Source: Akkermansia muciniphila (GTDB lineage: Bacteria; Verrucomicrobiota; Verrucomicrobiia; Verrucomicrobiales; V1-33). Taken from it: a stretch of DNA of 64,000 nucleotides. A model generated the notes under the pieces. The model made no database searches, had not been told where the DNA came from, and worked only from the letters and a program-made list of their open reading frames with translations. The first letter of the stretch is position 1, and every line of letters starts with the position of its first letter. Positions 1 through 11,500 of the stretch are shown here, piece after piece. The DNA lies in NCBI GenBank assembly GCA_943333275.1, contig CALQSQ010000004.1, positions 4,909 through 68,908 of the forward strand, written 5' to 3'. The position numbers and the translations under genes were made by a program.

Positions 1-452
1 GCGCCCGTGGAAGTTTCGGCATGCACGATGCCAAAGACTTTCGTGCCCGGCTGGGCCTTGAAGGCGGCGGTGACCTGCTCCGCAGAAATCGTTTCCCCCC
101 ACGGGGCTTCGATCGCATGCACTCTGGCTCCGGCACGTTCCATGACATCTTTCATCCGCCCGCCAAACACGCCATTCACACAGACGATCACCTCATCCCC
201 CGGTTCCACCAGATTCACCACCGTGGCCTCCATGCCCGCGCTGCCCGTGCCTGAAATGGCCAGGGTCATTTCATTCTTGGTCTTGAAAATCTGCTGCAGG
301 AATCCGCGAAGTTCATCCATCATCTGCAGATACTCCGGGTCGAGGTGACCCAGGGTGGGCATGGCCAGGGCGGAAAGAATACGGGCGGGAACATCGCTCG
401 GTCCGGGACCGAGCAACACCCGTTGGGAAGGGTAGCGTAGAGGCGAAGTCAT
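1..452 (-). CDS. Class V (AGXT/serine-glyoxylate type) PLP aminotransferase, N-terminal ~150 aa; the 3' end runs off the window
   Basis: Reverse translation from the ATG at 452-450 reads [48 protein letters not shown]...[25 protein letters not shown], a typical class V aminotransferase N-terminus. It is absent from the ORF track because it has no stop in the window. The + ORFs 7..348 and 21..254 are antisense shadows. Confidence 0.75.
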   Translation of the reverse strand, partial: MTSPLRYPSQRVLLGPGPSDVPARILSALAMPTLGHLDPEYLQMMDELRGFLQQIFKTKNEMTLAISGTGSAGMEATVVNLVEPGDEVIVCVNGVFGGRMKDVMERAGARVHAIEAPWGETISAEQVTAAFKAQPGTKVFGIVHAETSTG

Positions 453-578
453 CCCTGCGTCTAATGCACTCCCGCGAGAACTCCAGCAGAAATCCTTTCA
501 GACTCGCTGGGTTTCATTCCATCACCCCGACGTCTGGAAACTTGCCGTGAGGCCAATTATCCGGATGTTACTCCAACT

Positions 579-2441
579 ATGAACGCTGCTGCCGAACAAT
601 TCGAGAAAATCAAAACGGTCATCTTCCCCACCGCCCAGGAGGCCTGCGCGGCCCTGGCGCAGGAGGTGAAATCCTTGATTCTGGAAAAACAATCCGCAGG
701 GAAAAAGGCCGTGCTCGGTCTGGCCACGGGTTCGACTCCGGTGCCATTTTACCGGGAATTGATCCGGCTGCACCAGGACGAGGGGCTGAGCTTCGCCAAC
801 GTCATGACGTTCAATCTCGATGAATACTTCGGCCTCGGGCACGACCACCCGGAGAGCTACTGGCATTTCATGCACACGCAGTTGTTCAACCACCTCAACA
901 TCCCGGCCGATCAAATCCACGTGCCGGATGGAACGGTGGCCATGGAGGAGGTCTTTGCGAGTTGCGAGCTTTATGAACGGGCGATCGAAGCCGCCGGGGG
1001 CATCGATTTGCAGATCCTCGGGATTGGACGCACAGGCCACATCGGCTTCAACGAGCCCGGCTCCGCCAAGACATCGCGCACGCGTCTCATCGCCCTTGAC
1101 GACCTGACGCGCCGGGATGCGGCGAGCGACTTTCAGGGCGAGGAAAATGTCCCGCGTTTCGCCATCACCATGGGGGTCGGAACCATTCTTCGTGCGCGCC
1201 GACTGGTTCTGATGGCCTGGGGCGAAAACAAGGCGGCCATTGTCCAGCAGGCAGTGGAGGGGCCGGAAACAGAGAGTATCTCGGCAAGTTTCCTGCAAAG
1301 CCATCCGCATGCCGAATTCCTGCTCAACGCCTCCGGCGCGGCACAACTCACCCGCATCCGCCTTCCCTGGCTCGTCGGTCCCGTGGAGTGGACCGCGTCT
1401 GAAAAACGCCGGGCCGTCTGCTGGCTGGCCGCCAAGGAAAAAAAACCGGTCCTCAAGCTGCTCAGCGGCGATTACAACGAAAACGGCATGGGGGAACTCG
1501 TGACTGGCCAGGAGGGAACCTACGATCTAAACATCAAAATTTTCAACCAGCAGCAGCACACCATCACCGGATGGCCCGGCGGCAAGGCCCGGGCGGATGA
1601 CACCAATCGGCCCGTCAAGGCTCACCCCGAAAAGAAACGCGTCCTGGTCTTTGCTCCTGAACCGCAGGACGATGTCATGAGCATGGGAGGCACGCTGGAG
1701 AGGCTCGTGGCGCAGGGCCATGATGTCGAGGTCATCTGCCAGACCAGTGGCGATCTCCGCGTCACCGATGCGGAAGCCACCCGCTTTGCCCAGGTCCTCG
1801 TGGAAACAGCGCGCGAGCAATCAGGCTGGAAGGCACAGGAGGCTTACGCCCTGCAATTGCTTGAGGAAATCAACACCAAGGGGTCGTTCGGTCTGCCCAG
1901 TGCGGAGTTGCGGAAGTTGAAGGGTCGCATCCGCCGTGGCGAAGCCAAAGACGCCGCGGGCAGCCTGGGAGTGAGGAAGACGACGTTTTTGGACCTTCCC
2001 TTTTACTCCACGGGACGGTATCGGAATTTCGCACTGAGCGATGCGGATGTGCAGCTTATGCGCGGGGTGCTGGACCGGGTGCAGCCGCATTTGATATTTG
2101 CCACGGGCAATCTGGCGGATCCCAGCAGTGTGCAGGGTGTGGCCTTTCGCGCGCTGCGACTGGCGTTGGAAACCTGCGCGGCGGCGGAATGGTATGAGAA
2201 ATGCCGCATCTGGGTGTATCGCGGACACCAGAAGGAATGTGAGTTGCATGAAATCGACATGGCGGTGCCCATGAGCCCGGATCAGTTGCACAACAAACTC
2301 AATGCCATGCGGAAGTTCCACACCCAGAATGTCCCCGAACTCCTCACCGGCGAACAGAACCGCCATACCGCTGCTCTCTATGACAAACTGGGCATGGCGG
2401 AATACGAGGCCATCGAAGCCTTTCGAAAATTTGCGCTTTGA
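579..2441 (+). CDS. nagB: Long-form glucosamine-6-phosphate deaminase: NagB domain fused to a C-terminal LmbE/PIG-L-like domain
   Basis: The N-terminus has NagB hallmarks (LGLATGSTPVPFYRELI, FNLDEYFGL, GIGRTGHIGFNEPGS). The C-terminal half (KKRVLVFAPEPQDDVMSMGGTLERLVAQGHDVEVICQTSGD) has the LmbE/PIG-L fold pattern. Confidence 0.85.
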   Translation: MNAAAEQFEKIKTVIFPTAQEACAALAQEVKSLILEKQSAGKKAVLGLATGSTPVPFYRELIRLHQDEGLSFANVMTFNLDEYFGLGHDHPESYWHFMHTQLFNHLNIPADQIHVPDGTVAMEEVFASCELYERAIEAAGGIDLQILGIGRTGHIGFNEPGSAKTSRTRLIALDDLTRRDAASDFQGEENVPRFAITMGVGTILRARRLVLMAWGENKAAIVQQAVEGPETESISASFLQSHPHAEFLLNASGAAQLTRIRLPWLVGPVEWTASEKRRAVCWLAAKEKKPVLKLLSGDYNENGMGELVTGQEGTYDLNIKIFNQQQHTITGWPGGKARADDTNRPVKAHPEKKRVLVFAPEPQDDVMSMGGTLERLVAQGHDVEVICQTSGDLRVTDAEATRFAQVLVETAREQSGWKAQEAYALQLLEEINTKGSFGLPSAELRKLKGRIRRGEAKDAAGSLGVRKTTFLDLPFYSTGRYRNFALSDADVQLMRGVLDRVQPHLIFATGNLADPSSVQGVAFRALRLALETCAAAEWYEKCRIWVYRGHQKECELHEIDMAVPMSPDQLHNKLNAMRKFHTQNVPELLTGEQNRHTAALYDKLGMAEYEAIEAFRKFAL

Positions 2442-2450
2442 GGATCCGGC

Positions 2451-3311
2451 ATGATGATGCAGGCCATGCACGATAGCATTTATCTCAATGGCCGGCTGAC
2501 TTCGCTGGCTTCCGCACGCCTCTCCCCCATGGATCACGGTTTCACCGTGGGCGATGGCGTTTTTGAATCGCTCATCACCTACCGTGGCACAGCTTTCGCC
2601 CTCCGCCGTCACTACCAACGCCTCTGCCATTCCGCCTCGCTCATGGGACTGCCGGTTCCTGATTACGAAACTCTGCGCCATGCCGTGCACGCAGTCATAA
2701 CGGCCAACGGTTGCACGCATGCCCGCCTCCGCATCACCTTAACCCGGGGCGAAGCTCCGCTGGGATCCGAACTGGGACAGGAACATGCACCGACCTTCGT
2801 GGTCGCCTCAGCCAATTTGCCCAAACGTCCCGAACTGGCCAGAGTCCATCTCGTAAAATGGACCCGCAATGAGCACGGAGCCTTGAACCAAATCAAGAGC
2901 ACCTCCTACGGCGAAAATGTCATCGCTCTCGCCGCCGCCCAAGCCCAGGGCGCGCAGGAAGCGGTGTTCTGCAACACGCAGGGTCACCTGTGTGAAGGTT
3001 CCGGGAGCAATCTTTTCCTTGTTCAGAATGGAGTTCTGCATACTCCCCCGCTTGCAGAAGGTTGTCTGGCGGGAATCACGCGTGCCATTGTCATGGAAAT
3101 AGCCACAGCTGCAGGCTTCCCGCTGCAGGAAAATCCCCTGCCCCGTGAAGCCCTGTGGACGGCAGAGGAAGCCTTCCTCACCTCCACCTTCAGGGAGGTC
3201 CAATCGATCACTCAGGCCGACGAGCACAGGATTCCTGCAGGCCCGGTCACCGCGCGCTTGCAGGCATTGTTTCGCCTAAGGGCTCAGTCGGCAAATCTTG
3301 AGGAAGCCTGA
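2451..3311 (+). CDS. Class IV aminotransferase family protein (aminodeoxychorismate lyase / branched-chain or D-amino-acid aminotransferase-like)
   Basis: Sequence such as DHGFTVGDGVFESLITYRGTAFALRRHYQRL and GITRAIVMEIA is typical of fold-type IV PLP enzymes. It starts 9 nt after the nagB stop. Confidence 0.7.
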   Translation: MMMQAMHDSIYLNGRLTSLASARLSPMDHGFTVGDGVFESLITYRGTAFALRRHYQRLCHSASLMGLPVPDYETLRHAVHAVITANGCTHARLRITLTRGEAPLGSELGQEHAPTFVVASANLPKRPELARVHLVKWTRNEHGALNQIKSTSYGENVIALAAAQAQGAQEAVFCNTQGHLCEGSGSNLFLVQNGVLHTPPLAEGCLAGITRAIVMEIATAAGFPLQENPLPREALWTAEEAFLTSTFREVQSITQADEHRIPAGPVTARLQALFRLRAQSANLEEA

Positions 3312-3314
3312 TCC

Positions 3315-3962
3315 ATGGACCGACTTCCCTTCATCGTCTGGTTCGAACACTCCAGCGTCGCCGCAGCCGCCATTTCCGGCGTGCTCGCAGCGCGTGGGCG
3401 TCGCATCGATCTTTTTGGCGTGGCAGTCCTCGCCCTTGTAACCGCTTTCGGTGGAGGCACCGTGCGGGATCTTTGCCTCGGAGATACGCCCGTCTTTTGG
3501 ATCCGAAATTCCGACCACGTCATCACCGCCCTCGTCTTCGCTTTCCTGACATTTTTCACCGCCCGGTCACGGCAACTCCCCCTGCCTCCCTGGCTGCTGG
3601 AACTTGCCGATGCCATCGGGCTTTCTCTCTTCGCGATCATCGGAGCGGAAAAGGCGCTGGTGCAGTTTCAATCCACCCCGCTCGCCGCGGTCGCTTTGGG
3701 AACCGTCACCAGTGTCTCTGGAGGAATTTTGCGGGATGTGATTCTGAATGAAATCCCCCTCGTCTTCCGCCGTGAAATTAAACTCTACGCCGTGGCCGCC
3801 ATGGTCGGAGCCACGCTTTTCGTAATCCTGGAAAAATATGTCCCGTCCGTTTCCCATCCCTGGCCATTCCTCATCAGCGCCGGAACGATTCTGGCGCTGC
3901 GGCTCGCCGCCATCCGCTGGTCACTGGCCCTGCCGGAATTCGTGGATCGCCGACGGCAATGA
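3315..3962 (+). CDS. TRIC/UPF0126 family cation-channel membrane protein (YadS/YicG-like)
   Basis: Two internal repeats each carry the glycine motif (FGGGTVRDL and SGGILRDV) within a ~7-TM hydrophobic profile. Confidence 0.7.
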   Translation: MDRLPFIVWFEHSSVAAAAISGVLAARGRRIDLFGVAVLALVTAFGGGTVRDLCLGDTPVFWIRNSDHVITALVFAFLTFFTARSRQLPLPPWLLELADAIGLSLFAIIGAEKALVQFQSTPLAAVALGTVTSVSGGILRDVILNEIPLVFRREIKLYAVAAMVGATLFVILEKYVPSVSHPWPFLISAGTILALRLAAIRWSLALPEFVDRRRQ

Positions 3963-3977
3963 ACAAAGCCTCGCCGC

Positions 3978-4910
3978 TTATTTTCCCGACGGACCGATGA
4001 ACCTGGTGGCGACGACAACGTTGTCGAAGAACACGACGTTTACCGGGTTCTTCGTCCATAAGTCCGTGATGTAACTTTCCACGGTCAGCGCATTGGCCAT
4101 AAGCTTCTCCTGCTTCCGCCAGTTAATGCCCTTCCAGCGGCCCATTAGCGTCCCATCAATCCAATACGCCTGTTCACCATCCCGTTTGCCGGGCGTGTTG
4201 TGAACCAACATAAATTCGACACAAATCCACTTCGATTTGGTGATCAATGGACTGTCCTTTACTGCGAAGGATTTGCCCCAGGAATGGCCCTGGAATTTAC
4301 CGTCGAGAGAGGTTTCCATTTCGTTCCAATAACTGTAAAAATTCCACCGACCTGGCGCGGTATTTCGCCCCCAGTCTCCCCAGGGCTCAATGGCGGTGGA
4401 AAATCGTTCATCACCGACGGGCTTTAAACCGGCCCCACCGAATCCGTTCCACTTTTCGGCACCCTGCAGGCTCTTGTTGGCCCGTAAGGTTACGAAATGA
4501 TGCACGTAATCGCAATCCGGTGCGAACTCGGTGTAGAAGCGGATAAAAAGCGTCCCGGCAGAGGAAAACCATTTGGTGACACCCCCGCCCGTGTCTTTGC
4601 CAAGGTGAGCTTCAGCACGAAGGCAATGGTTTCCCAACTCAGGGGATTCTGGCGATGGAAAGGTGAAAACATTTTTCTTCTCCTCATCCTTCTCGTCCCA
4701 TGCCGCAAAATCCCCGGACTCAAATCCATCCGCAAAAATCACCCCCTCCTTTTTCTGCAATCCCACATCCGCCTTGAACTCCGCTGCGATGCCGGGACCG
4801 GATGGAAGCTCCTTCTGGAAGGCGAAATTTTCGACACCTTCCCCGCCAGACGCAGGCTGGAAGCAAAGCGCCCATGAGCAGAAGAGAATGGCAGGGGATT
4901 GGAACGTCAT
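3978..4910 (-). CDS. Secreted hypothetical protein, possibly a beta-jelly-roll (lectin or polysaccharide-lyase-like) fold
   Basis: Long ORF with a signal-like N-terminus from the internal Met (MTFQSPAILFCSWALCFQPASG). It is W/F/Y-rich beta-type sequence. I recognise no catalytic motif. Confidence 0.45.
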   Translation of the reverse strand: MTFQSPAILFCSWALCFQPASGGEGVENFAFQKELPSGPGIAAEFKADVGLQKKEGVIFADGFESGDFAAWDEKDEEKKNVFTFPSPESPELGNHCLRAEAHLGKDTGGGVTKWFSSAGTLFIRFYTEFAPDCDYVHHFVTLRANKSLQGAEKWNGFGGAGLKPVGDERFSTAIEPWGDWGRNTAPGRWNFYSYWNEMETSLDGKFQGHSWGKSFAVKDSPLITKSKWICVEFMLVHNTPGKRDGEQAYWIDGTLMGRWKGINWRKQEKLMANALTVESYITDLWTKNPVNVVFFDNVVVATRFIGPSGK

Positions 4911-4988
4911 GGCTTGAGTCGCAGCGTCTCGCAGATGCAACTAAATTGCAAACCGACAGCGATGTCAATCGGCACCATAATCCGAGAC

Positions 4989-6524
4989 CTATCTTGGGGT
5001 TGAAATCCTGTAAAATTCCCGCAATTGCCCGGCCACAAACGGATCGAAAAATTCAGTAGCAACATCCTCCGCCGTGACGATGCTGGCAACCTCCCAAGAT
5101 TCCGGGAGCAGGTTGGGACTGCGTTCAATGATGTAGGTTCGTCCCGGGAGACTGTCCCAGGTCAGATGAAAGCGGTCCGGACCGGCAACCGTCTCGACAA
5201 TCTGTATTTGCGGAGCAGGCGATGGGCAGATGTTTTGAATTTTGCGAACACGCCCCCCATCATTGCTGACAACCAGAACGCTACCGTCTGGCGTCACCGC
5301 CACAGACCGCGGTTGATTCTGACACAGTTGATTGGTTACCGGAATAGACAGGGGGAAGGTGCTGTTGTAAAAGTTGACATCCTTGGTCCCTTTTCCATTG
5401 ATAAAAATATGGATGAATCCCGCCGTGTCCACATAGAGCACCTGCCCACCCTTGTGGGTGCAAAGGAAATATCCGCCATTGGGTGTGAAGGAAATGCCGC
5501 GAACCTGAAATAAATACGCGGTGGTGGCCGGGGTTCCTTCGATGACTCCTCCTCCGGTCGCACCGTAAAGTCCTGCGACAATGGTTTTGGTCGAGGTTCC
5601 GGTTAGCGGATCAGTCGCTTCCGCATCAATACGGTAAACCACAGAGTGGGAATTTCCTCCTGGGGCATTCTCGGCGCGGTCACATACGTACAGCTTATGC
5701 GTGATGGGGTTTACATCGATATTGCCGGGATTGATCAGCTCAAGATTGCTGAGCGTCGGAGTCACTGGAAAAGCAGTGATCGCTTGAATCCCCCCGGTTG
5801 GGGTCCATTTTTTAACAACCCCACCCAGAGGAGGATGAGAGATGGAAACGCCGACGGGAATTGGGGCCGCGTAGTCAGGAACCTCATGAGTGTAATAAAT
5901 TAGATCTTCGTTGGCACTCACCCACAAACCGCGACCGGACGGAAGGTACCGCCGGGAAGCGTCGTCCCCCGGTTGGATTTCCCCATCCGGATCATTAACC
6001 ACCGTGGTCATCATCCCATCCAGGCCCACCCTGCGGATCCGATGGCTCCCTGCATCGTAAATGTAGACGACACCGTTGGGTAAGACAAAGAGACCGTTGC
6101 AGGCGACAAGGTTCAGCGCGATGGCGGGAGCCGGACCATCATCCACGAAACCAGGGGGCGGGGTGTAGGCAGGGGGAGGACCAGTGTAGGGGTAGGCATG
6201 CGTTCCGGCAAAAGTGTGAATGCGACCATCCGTGGTCACCTCCAGAATGGAGTGACTGGCCTTGTCGGCAATGTACACATTGCCCAGTGCATCCGCCATT
6301 GCCATGTGGGGATTGGAAAGGTCCACGTTTGTCGCCATTGAATATTCGTAGGATGGAATCCAGTCGCTGGCCTCAGGGACCGAGGAATTGGAGGCTGCCC
6401 CGTTTCCAGCAAAAGCGGTTGTGATGGGCGCAAAACAATTTGTGAGTTCCTGGTATTCGGTGAGCGCAAAGGCGTTATGCAGAAGCAGGAATGGAATCAC
6501 AGCAACCGTAGCGGAAGGTTTCAT
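4989..6524 (-). CDS. Secreted NHL-repeat beta-propeller protein with a C-terminal FYRI-ending module
   Basis: Signal peptide MKPSATVAVIPFLLLHNAFA. Repeated NHL-like blades are present (GNVYIADKASHSILEV, VVYIYDAGSHRIRRV, KLYVCDRAEN). The C-terminus is ...TWDSLPGRTYIIERSPNLLPESW...REFYRISTPR. Confidence 0.65.
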   Translation of the reverse strand: MKPSATVAVIPFLLLHNAFALTEYQELTNCFAPITTAFAGNGAASNSSVPEASDWIPSYEYSMATNVDLSNPHMAMADALGNVYIADKASHSILEVTTDGRIHTFAGTHAYPYTGPPPAYTPPPGFVDDGPAPAIALNLVACNGLFVLPNGVVYIYDAGSHRIRRVGLDGMMTTVVNDPDGEIQPGDDASRRYLPSGRGLWVSANEDLIYYTHEVPDYAAPIPVGVSISHPPLGGVVKKWTPTGGIQAITAFPVTPTLSNLELINPGNIDVNPITHKLYVCDRAENAPGGNSHSVVYRIDAEATDPLTGTSTKTIVAGLYGATGGGVIEGTPATTAYLFQVRGISFTPNGGYFLCTHKGGQVLYVDTAGFIHIFINGKGTKDVNFYNSTFPLSIPVTNQLCQNQPRSVAVTPDGSVLVVSNDGGRVRKIQNICPSPAPQIQIVETVAGPDRFHLTWDSLPGRTYIIERSPNLLPESWEVASIVTAEDVATEFFDPFVAGQLREFYRISTPR

Positions 6525-6726
6525 GGGGAGGGAGAGTTTACCGATTTAACCCTAAGGCTTCCTGCAAACCAGGTCCACCATTCAATCTATAATGACAGGA
6601 ATTTCACCTCCCCCGAAACCAAAATTGCTGGGAAGAATGTGCCGGAAAAATGACGGCTTAATCGAGGGCATCTGAACGGTAGATGGTTGACTCCGACCCT
6701 GAGGCTATCAATCCGGCCTCAATGCT

Positions 6727-8529
6727 TCATTCCGTCGTCTGATAGGTGAGCCACTCTCGCCAACTTCCATAACTCGTGATTTCCCTGGCTGTCTCGCTGA
6801 TCAGGCCTTCACAAACGAAACCACACACGTGCGATCCATCCGCGAGCTGCACACGGCCCAGGACCAGCGGCGCGGCGATGCCTTCGAGGAAGGATCCCAT
6901 GGTGGATTTGGGGATTTCCCAGACTTCGAGTTCGATGGCGGCTCCGCCTTCTCTGACGCGGACCATGCCAGGCCGGTCAGGAATGCGTCCGTTTGCGGGT
7001 AGCAGGTAGAGTCGATAGCAAGGCGCACTCTGGATTCGTTGCACAAAGCGGGCCTTGCGGTCGCTCAACTGCCAGTGCAACGCGAGTCCCTCCATGTGAG
7101 CCCCGCAGACGGCAATCTTCATCATGGGGACTGTGGATGGTGGCGATTCAGGCAGTGGCACGTCACTGCTCATTGCGGAGGATTTTCCAAGCGGAAGATT
7201 GGCCTCAGCGTGAAAGCGGGCCGCGCAATCGAGCACAAGTGCATCGCCATGAGGGGGCGCATAGAAAGTCACGCCCCAGGGCAGGCCATTGCACTGAAAT
7301 CCGGCGGGAACGGCACAGCCGCAGAGATCAAGCAGGTTCATGAAATTCGTATAACGACCAAGGTTGCTGTTGAGTTTGATCGGTTCGGCCTCCACTTCTG
7401 CCCTGGTATAAATAGTCCCGGCGGTTGGCATCAGCAGAGAATTGATGTTTTGCCACGTGGCTTCACTGGCGCGCCTGAGTTCCGCGAGTCGATATTGCGC
7501 CCGGAAAGCATCCACCGCCGTCCCCTTGAGACCGCCTTCAATGATTGTGCGAGTCACTGGCAAAAGGGCTTCTGGCTGTTCTGCGAGAAGTTTACTGACA
7601 ACTGCGGTGCGTTCCGCCACCCACGGCCCTTCGTAGAGCAAACGCGCTGCATCAAGAAAGGCGCTGATGTCCACTTCGATGATTTCCCAACCCATTCCGG
7701 CGATGGTTTGTCTGGCATGATCAAACAATCGTTTGGCATCATCGTTGCCAAAGAAATCCAGTTGATCGGACCTCGGAACACCAATCTTAGGCGGCCAGGA
7801 AAACTCCGCACTCAATCCTGCACTGCGTGCATAGGCATCCGCTTCATCAAACGCAGCCGCCACTTTCAAAACACTCGACGCATCCGCCGCCGTCAGCGCA
7901 AAAATGGAGACGCAATCGAGCGTCCGGCACGCAGGCACAACCCCGGTGCAACTCAACAAACCTCGCGTCGCCTTAAGCCCGATGAGATTGTTAAACGAAG
8001 CGGGAACGCGCCCCGATCCAGCAGTGTCCGTTCCTAATGAAAAACTGCACAGGCCTTTCGCCACCGCCACCGCTGATCCCGCGCTGCTGCCACCAGGAAT
8101 GTAATCTGGATTGAAAGCGTTTCCTGGCACCCCATACGGCGAACGCACGCCGACAAGTCCTGTGGCGAACTGATCAAGGTTGGTCTTGCCCATGGGAATG
8201 GCTCCGGCATCAATCAGCAGTTTAACCACGAAAGCATGCTGGGCTGGCTCATAACTCCATGCCGGGCAGGCGGCCGTGGTGGGAAATCCAGCGCAATCAA
8301 TGTTGTCCTTGATGGCAAAAGGAATGCCGTAGAGCGGCTTGGAATCAGGCGATTCTCCTTCGAGTGCTCGAAGCGATTCTCTCAACTGCTCTTCCGTGGG
8401 CCGACTGATCCAGATCGCCGGATCATCCGACGCGGCGCGCCTCCATGCATCGAGAACAATTTCCCTGGGGCTGCAGGATCCCTCCCGATAGGCCTTGAGC
8501 AGCGCGGAAATGGAAAGATCTGGAATCAT
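6727..8529 (-). CDS. Allophanate hydrolase (amidase-signature domain plus C-terminal allophanate hydrolase domain)
   Basis: 600 aa. The amidase signature [12 protein letters not shown] with the upstream KDNID motif is present. The start overlaps the carboxylase stop by 4 nt. Confidence 0.85.
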   Translation of the reverse strand: MIPDLSISALLKAYREGSCSPREIVLDAWRRAASDDPAIWISRPTEEQLRESLRALEGESPDSKPLYGIPFAIKDNIDCAGFPTTAACPAWSYEPAQHAFVVKLLIDAGAIPMGKTNLDQFATGLVGVRSPYGVPGNAFNPDYIPGGSSAGSAVAVAKGLCSFSLGTDTAGSGRVPASFNNLIGLKATRGLLSCTGVVPACRTLDCVSIFALTAADASSVLKVAAAFDEADAYARSAGLSAEFSWPPKIGVPRSDQLDFFGNDDAKRLFDHARQTIAGMGWEIIEVDISAFLDAARLLYEGPWVAERTAVVSKLLAEQPEALLPVTRTIIEGGLKGTAVDAFRAQYRLAELRRASEATWQNINSLLMPTAGTIYTRAEVEAEPIKLNSNLGRYTNFMNLLDLCGCAVPAGFQCNGLPWGVTFYAPPHGDALVLDCAARFHAEANLPLGKSSAMSSDVPLPESPPSTVPMMKIAVCGAHMEGLALHWQLSDRKARFVQRIQSAPCYRLYLLPANGRIPDRPGMVRVREGGAAIELEVWEIPKSTMGSFLEGIAAPLVLGRVQLADGSHVCGFVCEGLISETAREITSYGSWREWLTYQTTE

Positions 8530-11500
8530 AGTTGCACGGAGATGAGAGTTTGGCCCGGAGTCACTGCCTGACCTTCCTTCACATGCAGCGCCGCCACGGT
8601 GCCCGAGGTCGTGCTCGGAACGTGGATCTCCATCTTCATGGCCTCAACGATGAGCAGCGTTTGTCCTTCCTCCACACGATCACCGACGGCGACCTGCAGT
8701 TTCCAAAGACTTCCAGTCACCGGACTGACAACCGCTTCATGGCCGTCCGGCAGCGTGATCTCTGTATCCGCCGTCATCGCACTGGAAGTCGATTCCGTGA
8801 CGTCCAGCCCCGCGATCCTCCACCGTTCACGCTCAGCCGCGAAGGCATCGCGCTGAAAGGAACGAAACGCAGCGATGCTTGGTGATTCGCTTTCAAGAAA
8901 TTCGAGATAGTCACTGAGTCTGAAACTGCTCTGTTCGATGCGCGGCGTGAAACGTCCCGCAGGGAAATCGCGCCTCAGCTCCATCAACTCGTCCGCACTG
9001 ACAAGATAGAACCGCACTTGATCAAAGAACCTCAGCAGCCACGGCTTGCCATCTTCGAAGACATCCGTGACCCGATCACGATTCCACATTTGAATGGTGC
9101 GTCCCACAAATTGGTAACCGCCCGGTCCCTCCATACCATAGATGCACATGTAGGCACCTCCGATGCCCACGGCATTCTCCGGCGTCCAGGTGCGGGCGGG
9201 ATTGTATTTGGTCGTGACCAGGCGATGCCGTGGATCAAGCGGTGTCGCGACCGGCGCGCCAAGGTAAACATCACCCAACCCAAGCACCAGATAGCTCGCA
9301 TCGAAAACAATGCGCTGCACATCGGCGATACTCTCCAGCCCATTGATGCGACGGATGAACTCAATATTGCTGGGGCACCAAGGAGCATCGGGCCGAACCG
9401 ATTGCATGTATTTGTCTATGGCCAGTTGCGTCTGAGGATCGTCCCATGAGAGCGGAAGATGCAAGATGCGGGATGGCACTTTCAAATGCTCCACATCATC
9501 CAGCGAGGAGATTAACTCTTCCACCAAACGTTCAACCTGCTCTAGTCGCAGCTGCTCGCCATCGATATGAATCTGCAACGAACGAATCCCCGGCGTGAGA
9601 TCCACGATGCCGGGATGATTCATCGACTGAAGTTTTAAATAGACGGCATGCACCCAGAAGCGCAGGGCGATATCGAGCACCAGAGGCCCAAACTCCACTA
9701 GCAGGTTGCGATCCCCCGCCGGACGATACACAACTTCGGGGCGTGATGCGCAAGCCGCGATGCGATGCCGCACTGCCTGCAAAGCAGCCAGTCCACCCGT
9801 TGTTAATTCCGGAGGTGTTCCACCCGCCATGGAATCTTCTACAAACGCATCGAGCGCCTCTGCTTGCTCCAGCGAAATTGCCACGAACTGGATGCGATCT
9901 CCTGGTTTCAGTTGCCCCACTTTCCACAAGTCAGCATGGACGACAACAGCCGGGCACACAAAGCCGCCCAGGCTCGGGCCATCCGGTCCCAGGATGATTG
10001 GCATGTCGCCGGTGAAATCAATGGAGCCGATCGCATAAGCGTTGTCATGAATGTTCGAGGGATGCAATCCTGCCTCACCACCGTCCGCACGCGCCCAGGT
10101 GGGTTTTGGTCCGATCAAACGCACACCGGTGCGCGCCGAGTTGTAATGAACCTCCCATTCCGTTGCAAAAAACATTTCGATGTCTTCAGGAGTGAAAAAA
10201 TCAGGCGCACCGTGTGGACCGTAGAGGACGCGAATCGTGTCCACTTTGTTTCCGGCAGAGAAGGGATGGAGCTTGGCCAAAGAGAAAGAACCGATGGCCG
10301 CAGTTGCAGGGTTGATGTGAATAACATCGCCGACGCGCAACGCCCGCCCAGCGTGGCCGCCGAAATTCCCCAGCGTAAACGTCGAGCAGCTTCCCAGATA
10401 AAGCGGCACATCCAATCCACCCTGAACTGCCAGATAAGCGCGGCACCCATGTCCGGTGGTGCGCCCAAGCTTAAGCGTCTGTCCGGCAAGCACGGAGATC
10501 GGCTTCCAGAAGGCAACGGAAGCACCATCCAACTCCGCACTCATTTCTGCGCCAGTCAGACAAATGGTAGTGTCCGCATTAAATCGGAGCGTCGGCCCCG
10601 CCAGAGTCATTTCAAGACCTGCGACCCCTTCCTCGTTTCCGATCAGTCGATTTGCGATGCGCAGGGCCAGCGGATCCATCGCCCCAGAGGGAGGCACGCC
10701 GATTTCCCAATAGCCAAGCCGCCCCGGCGTATCCTGCACTGTCGTTTGTACTCCTGGAGCGAGCACATCGATGGTTGAAGGTCGATACTGAAATGAAGTG
10801 GCCAGGGCGCGCGTGGTGATGCGTCCTTCGGTGAAAAGTGGATCGCGAATCACCTGCCGCAGGTAGGCCAGGTTCGTCTCGATGCCACTGACGTTCGAAT
10901 GGTCCAGCGCATGCTGCATCTTGGAAATGGCGTCGGCGCGGTCTGCACCGTGCACTATAATCTTCACCAGCAGCGGATCGTAATACGGCGTGACTTCCGT
11001 TCCTGTGCTGATCCATCCATCACAGCGGGCTTCCCTGCAAAGTTGCACATCCGTGAGGCGCCCGCAGCTCGGTTGGAAGTCCTTGTTAGGATCCTCCGCA
11101 TAAACACGGACTTGGATGGCGCTTCCTTTTGGCGTAAAAGCAAAGCTTTCCAACCCAACATCCTCGCCTGCGGCGGTCCGAACCATCCATTCGACGAGGT
11201 CCAGTCCGGTAACGCATTCCGTGACGGTGTGTTCTACCTGCAGCCGGGTGTTCACCTCCAGGAAATAAAACTCGTTGGTGTCGGCATCATACACAAACTC
11301 CACGGTGCCGGCCGAACGGTAGTTTACGGATTTCCCCAACCGCACGGCGCAATCCCAAAGTGCATAGCGTGTCTCATCGGATAAGTTCGGCGCTGGTGTC
11401 TCCTCGATGATTTTCTGATTGCGACGCTGCGTCGAACAGTCGCGTTCCCCCAGGGAAACGAGCGAGCCTTTTCCATCGCCGAAAATTTGCACCTCAACGT

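Noticed and set aside
7-348. 113-aa and 77-aa + strand ORFs at the window start.
   Set aside because: The minus strand here encodes a clear class V aminotransferase N-terminus that runs off the window edge, which is why it is missing from the ORF track.
7039-8037. 332-aa + strand ORF, plus other long antisense ORFs such as 9864-10778, 27680-28741, 33648-34721, 36255-36950, 38073-38753, 44182-45066 and 62263-62868.
   Set aside because: All lie opposite confidently identified genes and show a biased Arg/Gly/His-rich composition. I treat them as non-coding shadows.
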